Position numbers and translations under genes: made by a program
Shown here: in pieces, positions 11,696 to 23,638 of the stretch
Numbering within the stretch: the first letter of the stretch is position 1
How the letters are laid out: each line of letters starts with the position of its first letter
Assembly (NCBI GenBank): GCA_964019335.1
Contig: OZ025670.1
Span: forward strand, 310,001-374,000
Length of the DNA stretch: 64,000 bases
Direction: 5' to 3'
From: Diplonema japonicum
Lineage: Eukaryota > Protista > Euglenozoa: Diplonemea
Notes under the pieces: model-generated
What the model was told of the DNA's origin: nothing
The model's input: the letters and a program-made list of their open reading frames with translations, nothing else
Databases searched by the model: none

Positions 11696-12876
11696 ATGTC
11701 CGCCCTCAGAAGCACGGTTCTACGAAAAGCTGCAAGGAGGTATTGTAACGATTTTGAGAAGAGGGGGGAGAAGTTCGATCAGAAGGTATGTGTGGAGGAG
11801 GACAAGAAAAGAAAAGAAAAAAAAAAAGCAATTAATTAAAGGTAACGGATATACTGAAAGGAAGAGATCTGACAAAAGAGGACAAAGCGCGGGAAAAAAT
11901 CATGCTAAAAAAGGCAAAAGGCCTAGAGCAGTTCAACAAGATAGAAAAGGGCAGCGGCCCCGCAGGCTACGGAATGACAGAAGAGAAGGACCACGCCACC
12001 TACATGCGAAGCAAGAGGGAAAAATTCGGCGCCGCCGACGGCGCTCACGACATCGAGAAACAGCGAAGCAGCGAAAGACAGAAGAAAGCCAGGGACATCG
12101 CAATGAGCCTGAACCCCTTTGAAGGCACGGGCACTAATACCAATGCAGTGACAGGGTACACCACATAAATAACACAACACACAAAAAAAAAAACAGATTC
12201 ATGAATTACGTAGAAGACGAGCAAGACTACTATCAAAGAGGCCAGACAAACCACCAAGCGCTAGCATTATCGCGAGAAAAAGCAAGATCAGCTATTAAAC
12301 GATCTGCCGCAGAGGCACGGACATCCGAGATGCTTGGGCCTGATGTATGTCTACACAAAAAAAAAAAAAAAAAAAAAAAAAAAGGCGATCCACACCATCC
12401 GCGACGGCCGCAGCAGTAAATTCGACAAAAATAAGCTGATGATCAACAAATTTGACATGAACTCGTTCACGCTGAGCAACGGGGTGCGGGCGGTCGGCAG
12501 CATCATGATATTCAGGGACACCTTCTACCTCTGGGACGTCGCCTCAGCAGAAGAAGTTACGCTAGAAAAAATGACGCCAATAACCCATATGTTCCCCGTT
12601 CCCAAGTTCGTCGTTTTCGGTACTGGTGTCACACACGAGATCATACACCCTGACATCCATATGTACCTCAGACAGCGTGGTACCCGTCTCGACACCATGA
12701 GTACTGAAAAAGCAGTCTCTGTGCACCATCAATGCCGGATAGACGACTACCCCTTCGCTACCATTCTCCTCCCGATGGAACCCACCAACGGTTTCGACTA
12801 CTTCCAATACAACAAGTATTGGAAACAGATGAAAGAGGTTTCCCACGGGTTGGGTGGAGTCGGAACGAACAAGTAG
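11696..12876 (+). CDS. NDUFAF3: NDUFAF3/Mth938-domain protein with N-terminal extension; introns 11786-11841, 12156-12196, 12345-12384
   Basis: Presequence-like MSALRSTVLRKAARRYC; C-terminal FTLSNGVRAVGS...PKFVVFGTG...DTMSTEKA typical of the Mth938-like family. Confidence 0.65.
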
Positions 12877-12931
12877 TTTTTTTTTTTTCTTTTTTTTTTC
12901 GATGCCTGCAATTTTTTTTTAAAAGGGGGGT

Positions 12932-13366
12932 ATGGCCTGCTATGAGCTGTCATACCTTGACGGCGATACACTGGGTTTCCAAACGCAACAAGTAGGGCGT
13001 CGGTTGTTTGTGAAACATATTTTTTGGGGCGACCCAAATCGACCCTCGGCTGCAGCCAGAGCCCAGCTTTGCTTGGGCAGGATCTGCTCGGCTAACGGAG
13101 TTTCTGTCGAAACAGAAAGCGATTTACTGAAAGGGATAAAAGAGAAGCCCGGTACCTGCAAGCTAGTAATGGAGCCCGAAGAGACAGAAGATTCTGTGCA
13201 ACCTTCGCTGGAACACCTTGGCACAACCCTCCATGACCAAGCTGGTTATTTAAAATCCCTGGTGGACAGGTCTGTTGACTTCTACAGGACCCAGGACAGC
13301 AGCGACGCTGCAATGGGTGTGCGAAGAAAGGGGTTCGGGATGAACGGGAGGAGAGAAGCTCTTTAA
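12932..13366 (+). CDS. Small PDZ-like domain protein
   Basis: LGF...SAAARAQL...ICSANGVSV pattern resembles a PDZ domain. Confidence 0.5.
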   Translation: MACYELSYLDGDTLGFQTQQVGRRLFVKHIFWGDPNRPSAAARAQLCLGRICSANGVSVETESDLLKGIKEKPGTCKLVMEPEETEDSVQPSLEHLGTTLHDQAGYLKSLVDRSVDFYRTQDSSDAAMGVRRKGFGMNGRREAL

Positions 13367-13442
13367 TTTCCCTTCTTTTTTTTTCTTTTTTTTTTTCACC
13401 ACCACAAAATACACCAACTCTAGGCATTTTTTTTCTTCTTTT

Positions 13443-15533
13443 ATGCGGCGTTTGGCGTTGTCCGTAACAAGCAAGCTTCAATGTTTAAAGAATATTCGTG
13501 CCTTGTCGACTGAGATAGAAATACACCCTGTTAAAGGGGGAACGGTGATTCATTGTAGAACCAAAGAGACAAATGTCACAGAGGGTGTTTTGGAAAAAGC
13601 TTTGGAGGAATGCAGCTCGAATCTTATAAAAGCTTTGGAAGGACAGAAACCCGTTTTATCGGTAATGACGCATCTCCACCCGGGGCACTCAGGGTGGAGG
13701 GTTGCGGAAAAAGGCGGCCCGACGGAACTGTTCGAAAAGTTTCGCAAAAAAGTCAACAAGCTTCCGTCAGTTCTACTCGACACCTTGGTGGGCAGCGGTG
13801 CGACACACAGCTACTCATCTGCTGCGAGTAAACACCCGTTAGTTTTCGTCAATATCTCAACCCTGTTGTTGGAAAACACTGTTTCAGAAACAACCGTGGC
13901 CTACCGGAGTAAAGGATCTGTTCCACGACCGCCAACAAAATTTTCCATGAACACAGTTCCATTAGTTGTTGCGTTTGGAACGTCGCAACACAACTTCGCA
14001 GAACTATTTCATTCACGGACAAGCCAGCTGTATGGATCTGACTCTGCTGTGGCATGTCTGACGGTGATGTCGAATGCAGGGCGGGGGGTGGAATCCCCTG
14101 CTGTTTTCAGCAAAGGCGAAATTTACAAAAACGGTCTAGTATGCGCAGCAGTGTACACAGAGGCAAGACTGTCGAACTCCATCTTAAAGGAACTCGTCCG
14201 TGGATCTTCTGTCCTCGGAACCGTTCATCAGATTTTAGCAAACCCCGAAGTGAAGTCAATGCTGTACCTTCCTTCATCGTGTCCTGTACCAGCGGTTCCA
14301 TTGCTTGTTGTGCATTACGCTGAAAACGGGACACCTGCGTGGGAATGTGTCGACGTGCCTGCTCCTAAGAATAAACACCGTGGGAGGAAGTGTGCTGTAA
14401 CAACACACCGGGCTTTGAACAAAGACCGTGATTTAAGAAAATCCGTGTTGTGCGCAGTGTGCAGCCATCCGTTGGCGTCAACGAACAAAATACTATCACC
14501 CCCACCAAAACCCGGGAAGAAACGGTTGAAATGGGACCCCACGGATATGAACAGCATGGTGACGTTGGTTCAAAACGACACAGTGGTGGGGAATCTGTCG
14601 AAGACTCTGAGCTTCTGGGATGCCGATGTCATAATCGGCCACGAGACGAACATCACACCCGCTGCACATGGGTACAAATGCAAAATCTCGTATTGTTCCT
14701 GTTGCAAAAAGATGGTTGGGTTCGTCCACGCGTCTCAAAAACCCGGCGTAAAATCTTTCGCCACAATGCTTCTCTCCGCTGTCGTGCCCCCCAACGTCCC
14801 ACCATGCAAGGACGTTGAGATAGAAACAAAACCCCCCGATGCTGCACTCCACGTCCCATGGGCACAGCGTGGGCAAACAACACCTCTCGAAACCCTTAGG
14901 GAAACACCTCTAACCAACATCTTCAAAGCGAAAAACCCCCTTCCTATCATAAAAGTTACCACGGAGTGCGTCCTGCCCGGTTCCACATCAACCCATTTGC
15001 TGATTACACCATCTGAAATGGCGCTGCTTAAACAGTTAATGGAGGGGTCGTCACCAGTTGTTGGTGTCATGTGTGGGAAGGGTGCTGGCATTGTGATGAA
15101 GGTCACCCGTGCTACATTCATGAGAGAAGTGAGTAATGGGAACCTCAGGGCTCAGATTTGTCTTCATGGCATGGGCCGGTTCACGATTGGGGCCACTTCA
15201 CATGTTGCAGATGGTATTCCTTATCATTATGTGGACCAGCTTGTTGATAATCGTAATGTTAGTAAAAAGAAGAAACAGCAGATGCTTGCGCTGGCGTTGG
15301 ACACCACCTCACACCTCTCGAACTCCTGGGCAAAGGCTGCCGTTGCTAAGCTCCCGCAGTCCTCCATCTCGTCGTCGTCCTTGGAGGCCCTGTCCTTCGA
15401 GCTTTTTCAACACCTTTTAAAAGTTGTGCCCATACCCCTGCCCCAGGCAGCAAGGCACATCACCAGCACCTCGACCGCCGAGCGGCTTGAATTCATCGCA
15501 GCGAACTCAAAGAAACTCATTCAACATCCATGA
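13443..15533 (+). CDS. Putative mitochondrial protein with CULT/Yippee-like Zn domain followed by a LON N-terminal-like domain
   Basis: CAVCSHPL...GYKCKISYCSCCKKMVGF; VLPG...GMGRFTI...TSTAERLEFI; presequence-like MRRLALS. Confidence 0.55.
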   Translation: MRRLALSVTSKLQCLKNIRALSTEIEIHPVKGGTVIHCRTKETNVTEGVLEKALEECSSNLIKALEGQKPVLSVMTHLHPGHSGWRVAEKGGPTELFEKFRKKVNKLPSVLLDTLVGSGATHSYSSAASKHPLVFVNISTLLLENTVSETTVAYRSKGSVPRPPTKFSMNTVPLVVAFGTSQHNFAELFHSRTSQLYGSDSAVACLTVMSNAGRGVESPAVFSKGEIYKNGLVCAAVYTEARLSNSILKELVRGSSVLGTVHQILANPEVKSMLYLPSSCPVPAVPLLVVHYAENGTPAWECVDVPAPKNKHRGRKCAVTTHRALNKDRDLRKSVLCAVCSHPLASTNKILSPPPKPGKKRLKWDPTDMNSMVTLVQNDTVVGNLSKTLSFWDADVIIGHETNITPAAHGYKCKISYCSCCKKMVGFVHASQKPGVKSFATMLLSAVVPPNVPPCKDVEIETKPPDAALHVPWAQRGQTTPLETLRETPLTNIFKAKNPLPIIKVTTECVLPGSTSTHLLITPSEMALLKQLMEGSSPVVGVMCGKGAGIVMKVTRATFMREVSNGNLRAQICLHGMGRFTIGATSHVADGIPYHYVDQLVDNRNVSKKKKQQMLALALDTTSHLSNSWAKAAVAKLPQSSISSSSLEALSFELFQHLLKVVPIPLPQAARHITSTSTAERLEFIAANSKKLIQHP

Positions 15534-15785
15534 ATAAGAGAAACGATTTAATGGAGGGGGGGAGTGTATTTTTATTTTACTTTTTTTTTAAAAAAAAACC
15601 CCCCCCAAAGCGCCAAAGCGAAGAAAGTGTTTTTTTTTTTTTTTTCCCCTCTCTCTTTTTTTTTTTTTTTTTCCCTTTTTTGTATTTTGTTCTCCGTTTT
15701 TTTTTTTTTTTTCCCTTTCGAAATTATCAAGAGAAAAGGAGGAGGAAACAAAAAAAAAAAAAAAAAAAAAAAAGAAACTAACAAA

Positions 15786-16400
15786 ATGCCTAGACGTCAG
15801 TCACAAGCGTGGCTCAACAGCGGGGCAACTTTAAGGAGGCCTGGAGACTGGGTGTGTGAATGCCAGTGCAGAAATTTCAGATGGAGGGGAAACTGCTACA
15901 ACTGCGGAAAGGGTGCGAAAGAAACAGAGCAGCCGAGCGGGTGGGACCTGGCCCTAAAGGGGTGGAGGAGCAGCAGGCAGCGGCACCAACACGACCCACC
16001 ACAACCGCAAGCACAATCTCAGCTTGGACTTCAACAAGCACCAACAGTTGTGTACCAGCCGGTGTGCTTCGTACCAGTCCCAGTCGTTCCCATTCCTCCA
16101 CAAACTACCGCTATGAGCGAACTGGAAGAGGAAACAAAACTGATCCTTGCGCCAGAAGCTGGGGGCATGCAATGGCTCAGAAATCAATTGAACGGGGCTT
16201 ATGACGCAGAAGGGGACGAGAGCGATGAAGAGGAGGAGAGAGTGACAGAAGAACAAGATTCTTTGCGCGAAGCAACTCCAGGGCCTGTAACGCCCCAAGA
16301 GGAACCCACAAAGAGTACGGCCGAATTGAACAAGCTTTTTGCGGACCTCTTGAACTTGAAGTTAAGCGACGAGGTAGAAGAAGACGGGGTAGAAATATAA
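15786..16400 (+). CDS. RanBP2-type zinc finger protein
   Basis: RPGDWVCECQCRNFRWRGNCYNCG. Confidence 0.75.
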   Translation: MPRRQSQAWLNSGATLRRPGDWVCECQCRNFRWRGNCYNCGKGAKETEQPSGWDLALKGWRSSRQRHQHDPPQPQAQSQLGLQQAPTVVYQPVCFVPVPVVPIPPQTTAMSELEEETKLILAPEAGGMQWLRNQLNGAYDAEGDESDEEEERVTEEQDSLREATPGPVTPQEEPTKSTAELNKLFADLLNLKLSDEVEEDGVEI

Positions 16401-16406
16401 AAAGAA

Positions 16407-16453
<47 letters not shown>

Positions 16454-17006
16454 ACCTTTAGTGAGTCTTGAGTTTTTTTTTATTTATTATTTACTTCAAA
16501 AAGAAATGTGGTGTGTCAAACGTGTGTGTTATTCTTTTTTTTTTTTTGTTTTCTTTGAAAACATTTTTTTTTTTCTGGCTCTTTTTACCCACTTCTTCGT
16601 CCTTCTTCTCCCGTCTCACTGCGCCACTCCCTGTTCTTTCGCATCCTTCTTTATTTCTTTTTCGACATTGATCGAGGAAGTTTTTTTTAAAAAAGAAAAA
16701 AAAAAAGAAATGAGAGAGGGAAAGTAATAGTTTATAAAATTGTTGAAAGGACAGGGAGAGGTGGGGTGCGGCGGTGCTAGGGGGAACTACAATGAAGGGG
16801 GGAATAATAATTATCATTAAAAGAGCCTTTTCTTTTCGTTTTTTTTTTCTCTCCCTTCTTTTTTTTTCTTTTAAAGTTCGCTCGTTACGTTGCGAAAAGC
16901 TTTTATTTAAACTAATGGGAAGAGAAGGGGGGAAAAAAAAAGAAAATAAAATGGAAACCGATATCCTCTATTTTCTCTCTTTCTCTCTCTCTTTTTTTTT
17001 TCTTCT

Positions 17007-17046
<40 letters not shown>

Positions 17047-17796
17047 GCTATGAAAAGGATGATGGTAATGGGGAGAAAAAAAAAAAGGGAAGGGGCTTTA
17101 GCTGTACCAAAATGGACTATTTTATCTTCTTTTGGCGCTGCCCCTCCCCAGGTCGTCTTCCTAAATATGCTCTCTCCGCATTTTGCCGGGAAAAAAAAAA
17201 AGAAGAAAAAAAGATAACTTTACTATATGGTGAGGGGAGGGAGAACGAAAAAAAAGAAAAAAAATCAGGGGAAGAACGAATTTCTTCTTTTTTTTTTTTT
17301 TACTCTGCTCTTGAAAATCCTCTTTTCATGTTTTTCCAACAGAGTACCCCCCCCCCCCCCCCCCCCCCCCAACACCCCTCTATAGAACAGAGGGGGCGTG
17401 ATTTTCGTGGTCTCCCCCCCCCCCTATATATATTATATTTTTAAAGAGGGGAGGAAGAACAACCAGGGCCTTTATTCTCTATTTTTTTCTTTTTTTTTTT
17501 AACCCTCTCCTGCCACTTTTTTTTGGGGGGGTGTGTAACATGGTGTCCAGGCTTAACCGATCACCAGCGGGTCTAAGATTGGTGACAATCAATCGGGAAA
17601 ATTAAAAGTACAAAAACATAAGGTGAATGCACAATGAAAAAAGTGACTCACGTTGTGTGTTTTGGTTCCTGGATGTGGTGGTTGTGCCTCAATTTTTAAG
17701 TGAATGGAAAAAAAAGTTTTTTTTTTTTTCTGCCCTAATCACAGTGAATCGCCCCGCCCTCCCTCCCTTCTGTTTCTAGTTTCAAAAAGATATTTT

Positions 17797-17830
<34 letters not shown>

Positions 17831-18837
17831 AGAACAAGAAATTGAACAAAACACGTACTGGGCCCTGCTAAAGGAACAAGATTAGCTTCATCGAACCAAG
17901 GGAGGGGGGGGGGGGGGGGGAGAGAATCAGGGGATGGAGGGAAAAAAAAAAAGCAAATGTGTGGAAAAAAAAAGAAAGTGACCTTATCTTTTTTTTATTT
18001 CCCCCCCGGTTACGTATTTTCTTTTTTTAAATTTTTTTTCTTGGGCCCCGTAGCCCGGTTAAAAAACCTATGTATGAGGGAAAGAATAGGGAGGGGGGGG
18101 GAAAAAGAAAGAGAAAAAAAAAGAACAAAAAAAAACACATATATGCACACATCTTCCATCCCCTCTTTTTCTCTTTTTCTTTCTTTCTTTTCCTTTCTTT
18201 CCTTCGAAAATCACTGACAGCTGACTCTGACTCTAGCCAGCCTACTCCTTTCAACGGGATAATTGGCAATTCTTTTTTTTTTTTTAAAGGCGATCAGTGC
18301 GCGTGTTTCACGTATATTATTATTATAGTGAATTCTTTTTTTTTTTGCAGGAAAATCGAGAGGGGGGGGGGGGGGGGGGGGGACAAGAATGGAAGAAGAA
18401 AGAACGGGAAAGGGGTTTTTTGTTGTTGTTGTTGTTGCAGCGATCCTTTTTGTTACGAAAAGGAAGCTTGTCCCAGTTTGGACATCTCCTCTCTTGTCCC
18501 CCCCCCCCCTCCCCCCCTCCCCCTCCCCTTTGTTTTCCTTGTCTCTTCCCTGATTACATTCAGTGCGTGTTTCTATTTAACCACTAAACCCACAAGTCAT
18601 ATTTTTTATGACATAAAGAAAAAAAAGAAGGGGAAAAAAAAGAAAAAATACATAGACCTTTTGGTCAAATTGCGACTCCATTTCTCTTTTTTGTGCACGA
18701 TTTTCCCCCACTTTGTTTGGCTAAATGCTGCCCTTTTTAAAAGGCTAGAATCTGGAAAAAAAAGTGACAATGAGGAATACTCGACTCCAACCTAAAGGGG
18801 GCATCGCCGTTCACCACACTTTGTATGGGTAAATGCT

Positions 18838-18880
<43 letters not shown>

Positions 18881-20496
18881 AATTTCTTTTGAATTTTTTT
18901 GGGAAATTGACTTTTTCGGGTTTTTAGCCTGTGGGCTTAGTGGTCTAAAAAGAAAAAAAAAAAAAAAAAAAGAAAAAGGTACACGTTCACAACATAGATA
19001 TACTAATATCTCTTCTTGAGTGTTGAAACATATCTCCCCCCCCCCCCTTCTTAAAAACTTGTGTGGGGCTGCAATCCATAACGACTGCAAAACACCCCTC
19101 TCTGCTTTATGGTGCTCTTCGAAGCTGTGTCATTTTGAAATTGTGGCAAACCTTGGCATTAAAAAAGATAGGATTTTTTTTTTTCTTTTTTTTCTCTCTT
19201 TCTCTCCTTTTTTTTTTTTTTTTAAAGGTGGTAGGGATAAACATGGAGATATAAAAAAAAAAAAAAAAAAAAAAAAATACTTCAGATGTGTCATTTCGTT
19301 GTTTGACCTTATCATCGGTCATCACCGGTAGCACCCTAGTATTGCTTGATGTGCCGAGGTGCCCCTGTAATCAAGTACACACAGCTTGGCAGGGCACCAC
19401 CACACTGGCCTCTTTTTCATTTTTTTTTCTCTTTTTTCTTTCAATTCAGCTCTCACTGTGAAGTTTTTATTTTTATTTTTTATGAACTTAAATTTCACCC
19501 AGACGGTGACATTAGTTTGGTGTGCAGGTGGCCCTCCCCCCTTTTTTTTTCTTTCTTTTTTTGAGATGATGGGGTTGCTATCTTCACACCCTCACCTCTT
19601 TTCTTTTATATTTCGACATCACCATCACAGTGAATATTCTTTTTTCTCGGGGGGGGGGGGGGGGGGTTGTAAACTCCCTAATGTCCTAACTCTCTGCAGA
19701 TTTGCCGATTTTTTTTATTTTATTTAAATTATTTTACAGAAGAAGAACATAAACAAGAAAGGAAGAAAGAAAAAAAAAAAAGAAACGAGAAATAAAGTCT
19801 TGGATAACGCGGCCTATGGGGAGGAAAGAAGGTGAAAAGAAGAGGGGGAGGGGGGAAATTTTCTTCTTTTCCCTCTTCGTACTCCTTACCCCCCTTGGCC
19901 TAAGGCAATATGAACTTAGAAAACCTTTTTTTTTCCCCGAGGAAATGACGCCTTTTGTGCACCTTTTTTAACTTGTGCACGCCCTTTAAACGTTTTTCGC
20001 TGGGGAGGACACAGCGACTACAGGGAACCACGGAGTTCTGAAAAGTCTCTAGTATGCACTTCTCAGATCCAGTTGTGTCACCAAAGTTATAAAACTGAAT
20101 TTTCCTTAATCTTGAGCCAGTTTTATTGAAATAAAAATTATTATTTTTCTTTTGCCGTGTTGCATATCCCACTTTTTTTTTTTCTTGTTGTGTGCTTTCA
20201 CCCTCCTTTCTTCTTTTTTTTTTCCAACTCTCCATTTTTTTCTCCACCCCCCCCCCCCTGCCATCTCTTCTTTTTTTCATGAAGGAGAAAAGAAAAAGGA
20301 ATTGGCTTTACAACCACCCCCTCCCAAAAAAATGGAGAAATACGCAAACTTTTCCCCTTTTACCCCTCCCCCCCCCCGCCCCTTTTTATTATTTTATTTT
20401 TCTTCTTCTCCACACCTTTTTATTTAGTTTCATTTTAGTTTTATGCAAAAAAAAAAGAACACGTTCAAATATAAAAAGGCGAGGGAAAGGAGGAAA

Positions 20497-23274
20497 ATGA
20501 GTTTAACATGGGAAGATATGACAGACTCGGAAGGAGAGGAACAACAACAACAACAAGACACTGAAAAAGAAGCCCCAGAAGAGGAGGCCATAGAAGAAGA
20601 GGATGAGGAAGAATACCGCATCGACGAAAGCGACGGGCGGAGGTACTGCGAAAGAGAGTTCGAGGAGTGCTACGGGGGCAAAAAGGAATGGGAAGACGCA
20701 TGGGCGGTGGGAAAGGTCCCATGGGGCTGCAGCTACTGTGGAGTCACAGACGTGGGCTGCGTCCTGCAGTGCGAAGACTGCAACAAATGGTTCTGCAACG
20801 AGAAGACAGGGACACACGACGTGTCGCATGCTGCCGTGCATCTCATGCTGTCAGGGTCCAAGGTGATGACACCACACCCAAAAGCACCTTTACACGCAGC
20901 AGACCTATCATGCCACAGTTGTTCCTCGAAGAACTTCTTCCTCTTAGGGTACATACCCCATGCTACAGACCCGAATGCATCAGTCCTCCTTTGCCGTGAG
21001 CCGTGCCTTCACGCCTGCACCTCTGATATCATAGGTAACCGTGCAGAGTGGGTTCCTTTGATACAAGAGAAACGGCTGCAAACGTGGATCGCTGGGAACG
21101 ACGAGACGAGCACTGCAACATACACGCCCACCCTCAGGGAGGTCAAGGAGTTCGAACGATGCTTGAAGTCCGACCCCAGCACCACTATAAACGATGTGAC
21201 GCGTGCCAAGCGTGAGGAGGTTGAGTTGCCGCTTCACTTCAGCGATGGTGAGCATTATAAGGAGGTTATGTCTCCGCTGGTCGACCTCGAGGCCGCCACC
21301 GACAAGGAGCTTTGCGAAGAGCAGAAGCTCAACAAACTTGAGGTCACATGGAAATCCGCCGACAAGTGTGCTTTCATGATGTACTCGGGTGACGGGTCCG
21401 TACGCATTAGTCGCTACGACATCATCATGCTGCAGAACATGCAGCGCACGTGGAAAAAAGAAATGCGCATCACCAACGTCGAGGACAAACCGAACGGCTC
21501 CAAGCTCCTTGAAGCCGATTCCACCGGTAAGCCCTCCAAACCCGTCCCTGGCCCCTACATCCTATCCCTTGAGTGGAACGAAGCCCCGTTCTCTCGTGTC
21601 CGAGGTGCCATCAACATGTTCGCCACGTCCGAGACAGCCTGCTCTGAGGAAGTCTACCGCGTGCTGCTTGGCCACGGCAGTAGTAACTTTAGCGTCCCTT
21701 CTGTTAAGCCTGTGAAGCCCCCCGGCCTCCCTGAACTCAACCACTCACAGCTGTCAGCCATCTCCCATGCCTTGAAGAACCCCGTGTCCCTTATCCAAGG
21801 CCCGCCAGGTACGGGCAAGACAACGACGTCTGCTGCTGTGGCATACAACCTTGTGCAGCAGCATGGCACTCTTCTTGCCTGCACGCCGTCCAACACTGCA
21901 GCAGACCACTTGGCGGCCACCATCTCGCGGACAGGGTTGCGGGTTGTGAGGCTTCTTTCGAAAGTGAAGGAGATGGAGATGAGCAAAAGCGAGGCCGACC
22001 ACCTGAGCCTCAACAGGCAGCTTGCAGCGTTGGTCTCCGACGCACCTCCCGACAGTGAAGTTTCGCAGCTGTTAAAGCGGCGTGACAAAGGAAGGGGCCT
22101 GGACGGGAAGGAAGCACGGCGGCTGGATGTGCTGCAGGGTGACCTGCAGAGCGAGCTTATTGATAAGGCGGACGTTGTGGTGTCAACGTGTGTGTCAGCA
22201 GGTGACTATAGGCTGAAGGGGCACAAATTCGAGGCCGTGTTGATCGATGAGGCGACGCAGGCAACGGAGCCGGAGCTGCTGGTGGCCATCATGAAGGGTT
22301 GCACGCAGTTGGTACTTGTCGGGGATCACTGCCAGCTGGGACCGGTGGTTGTGTCTGACGACGCAAAGCTTCGTGGCTTGCAGCAGTCGTTGTTCGAGCG
22401 GATGATACGACTTGGCGTGGTGCCCGAGAGGCTGCTGGTGCAGTACCGCATGCACCCATCGCTGTCGACATGGCCGTCGGGAGCTTTCTACGACGGCGCG
22501 CTGCAGAACGGCGTAGCGGAGATGGAGCGCATGGACAGCCATGAGGTACCGTGGCCGAGGGCAGAGCACCCTTTACTGTTCCTGCACAGCACGTCGCCTG
22601 AGGAACTGGCATCAAGCGGGACATCATACGTGAACAGAGCAGAGGCGGTTGTGATCGAGAAGAGCGTGGCGACACTATTGCAGGTGGGCATCACACCGGA
22701 CTGCATCGGGATCATCACGCCGTACGAAGGGCAGCGATCGTACATCAATGCGGTATTCAGCAGAAGCTCCGTGCAGGGCATTCAATCCGTAGAGGTGTCC
22801 AGTGTCGATGCCTTCCAAGGACGGGAGAAAGAGTACATCTTGCTGTCCACTGTTCGGAGCAACGAAGGGCAAGGCATAGGATTCCTAACCGACCCTCGCA
22901 GGCTCAACGTCGCTCTGACCAGGGCGCGAAGGGGGCTTGTCGTTGTGGGTAATATAAAGTCCCTCGGTAGAAATGTGTTGTGGCACAGCTTCTTGCAGCA
23001 CCTGAGTGACCTGGGTGTAATCAGTGAGGGATGGCTTGCTGAAGGGGAGCTCCGTCCTTGCACTGTGTACATCCCTGAGCCACGCGCTCCTAGGCAAACA
23101 GGGGCGCTCCCCACATGGACCACCTGCGACCCTCCCCTGACTCCTCCAGCATCATCTATTGATATCATCTCGCAGCCCGAGCTCGATCTCATAAGTGAGT
23201 CCCTTTCTACCTTGTCTGCAGGACCGCCTTCGCTTGCGTCGTTCTCTACAAGGTCTGTGGTCAGCAAGCGGTGA
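20497..23274 (+). CDS. UPF1: UPF1/RENT1-like SF1B RNA helicase (nonsense-mediated decay)
   Basis: CH zinc domain (CSYCG...CNKWFCN...LLCREPC); ELNHSQ; QGPPGTGKT; IDEATQATEPE; QYRMHP; VDAFQGREKEY; RRLNVALTRAR. Confidence 0.9.
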   Translation: MSLTWEDMTDSEGEEQQQQQDTEKEAPEEEAIEEEDEEEYRIDESDGRRYCEREFEECYGGKKEWEDAWAVGKVPWGCSYCGVTDVGCVLQCEDCNKWFCNEKTGTHDVSHAAVHLMLSGSKVMTPHPKAPLHAADLSCHSCSSKNFFLLGYIPHATDPNASVLLCREPCLHACTSDIIGNRAEWVPLIQEKRLQTWIAGNDETSTATYTPTLREVKEFERCLKSDPSTTINDVTRAKREEVELPLHFSDGEHYKEVMSPLVDLEAATDKELCEEQKLNKLEVTWKSADKCAFMMYSGDGSVRISRYDIIMLQNMQRTWKKEMRITNVEDKPNGSKLLEADSTGKPSKPVPGPYILSLEWNEAPFSRVRGAINMFATSETACSEEVYRVLLGHGSSNFSVPSVKPVKPPGLPELNHSQLSAISHALKNPVSLIQGPPGTGKTTTSAAVAYNLVQQHGTLLACTPSNTAADHLAATISRTGLRVVRLLSKVKEMEMSKSEADHLSLNRQLAALVSDAPPDSEVSQLLKRRDKGRGLDGKEARRLDVLQGDLQSELIDKADVVVSTCVSAGDYRLKGHKFEAVLIDEATQATEPELLVAIMKGCTQLVLVGDHCQLGPVVVSDDAKLRGLQQSLFERMIRLGVVPERLLVQYRMHPSLSTWPSGAFYDGALQNGVAEMERMDSHEVPWPRAEHPLLFLHSTSPEELASSGTSYVNRAEAVVIEKSVATLLQVGITPDCIGIITPYEGQRSYINAVFSRSSVQGIQSVEVSSVDAFQGREKEYILLSTVRSNEGQGIGFLTDPRRLNVALTRARRGLVVVGNIKSLGRNVLWHSFLQHLSDLGVISEGWLAEGELRPCTVYIPEPRAPRQTGALPTWTTCDPPLTPPASSIDIISQPELDLISESLSTLSAGPPSLASFSTRSVVSKR

Positions 23275-23638
23275 TGAAAGGGAGCGGAAAGAGAGGGTTG
23301 AGGAGGTGGGGTTATCTAACCCCTTCCTTTTTTTTTTTCTTCTTTTTTTTCGGTTCTTCGTTTTGAAAAAGGTTCCTTTAAAAATTGTGGAACCCGTCTG
23401 GGAGACCCCTCCTCCTCTTGTCTTCTCTTCCCCCCCCTCTTTTTTTTTGCATAGCCACGACGGGATTTTTTTTATTGTGTCTGAGGGGGAAACAAAAAAA
23501 AAAGCTATCTAACATCATGTTTCTTTTCCCCCCCCTCTCCCTTTGTTTTGTCTTGCGTGCATCCTTCTTCATTTTTTTTTTTTTTTTACTGGACAAAAAA
23601 AAAAGGAAAAAGGGAAAAAAGAAAATAATAAGAAAGAA

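Noticed and set aside
16461-20500. Many short ORFs rich in F, K, P and G
   Set aside because: These are translations of homopolymer runs with no coding signal.
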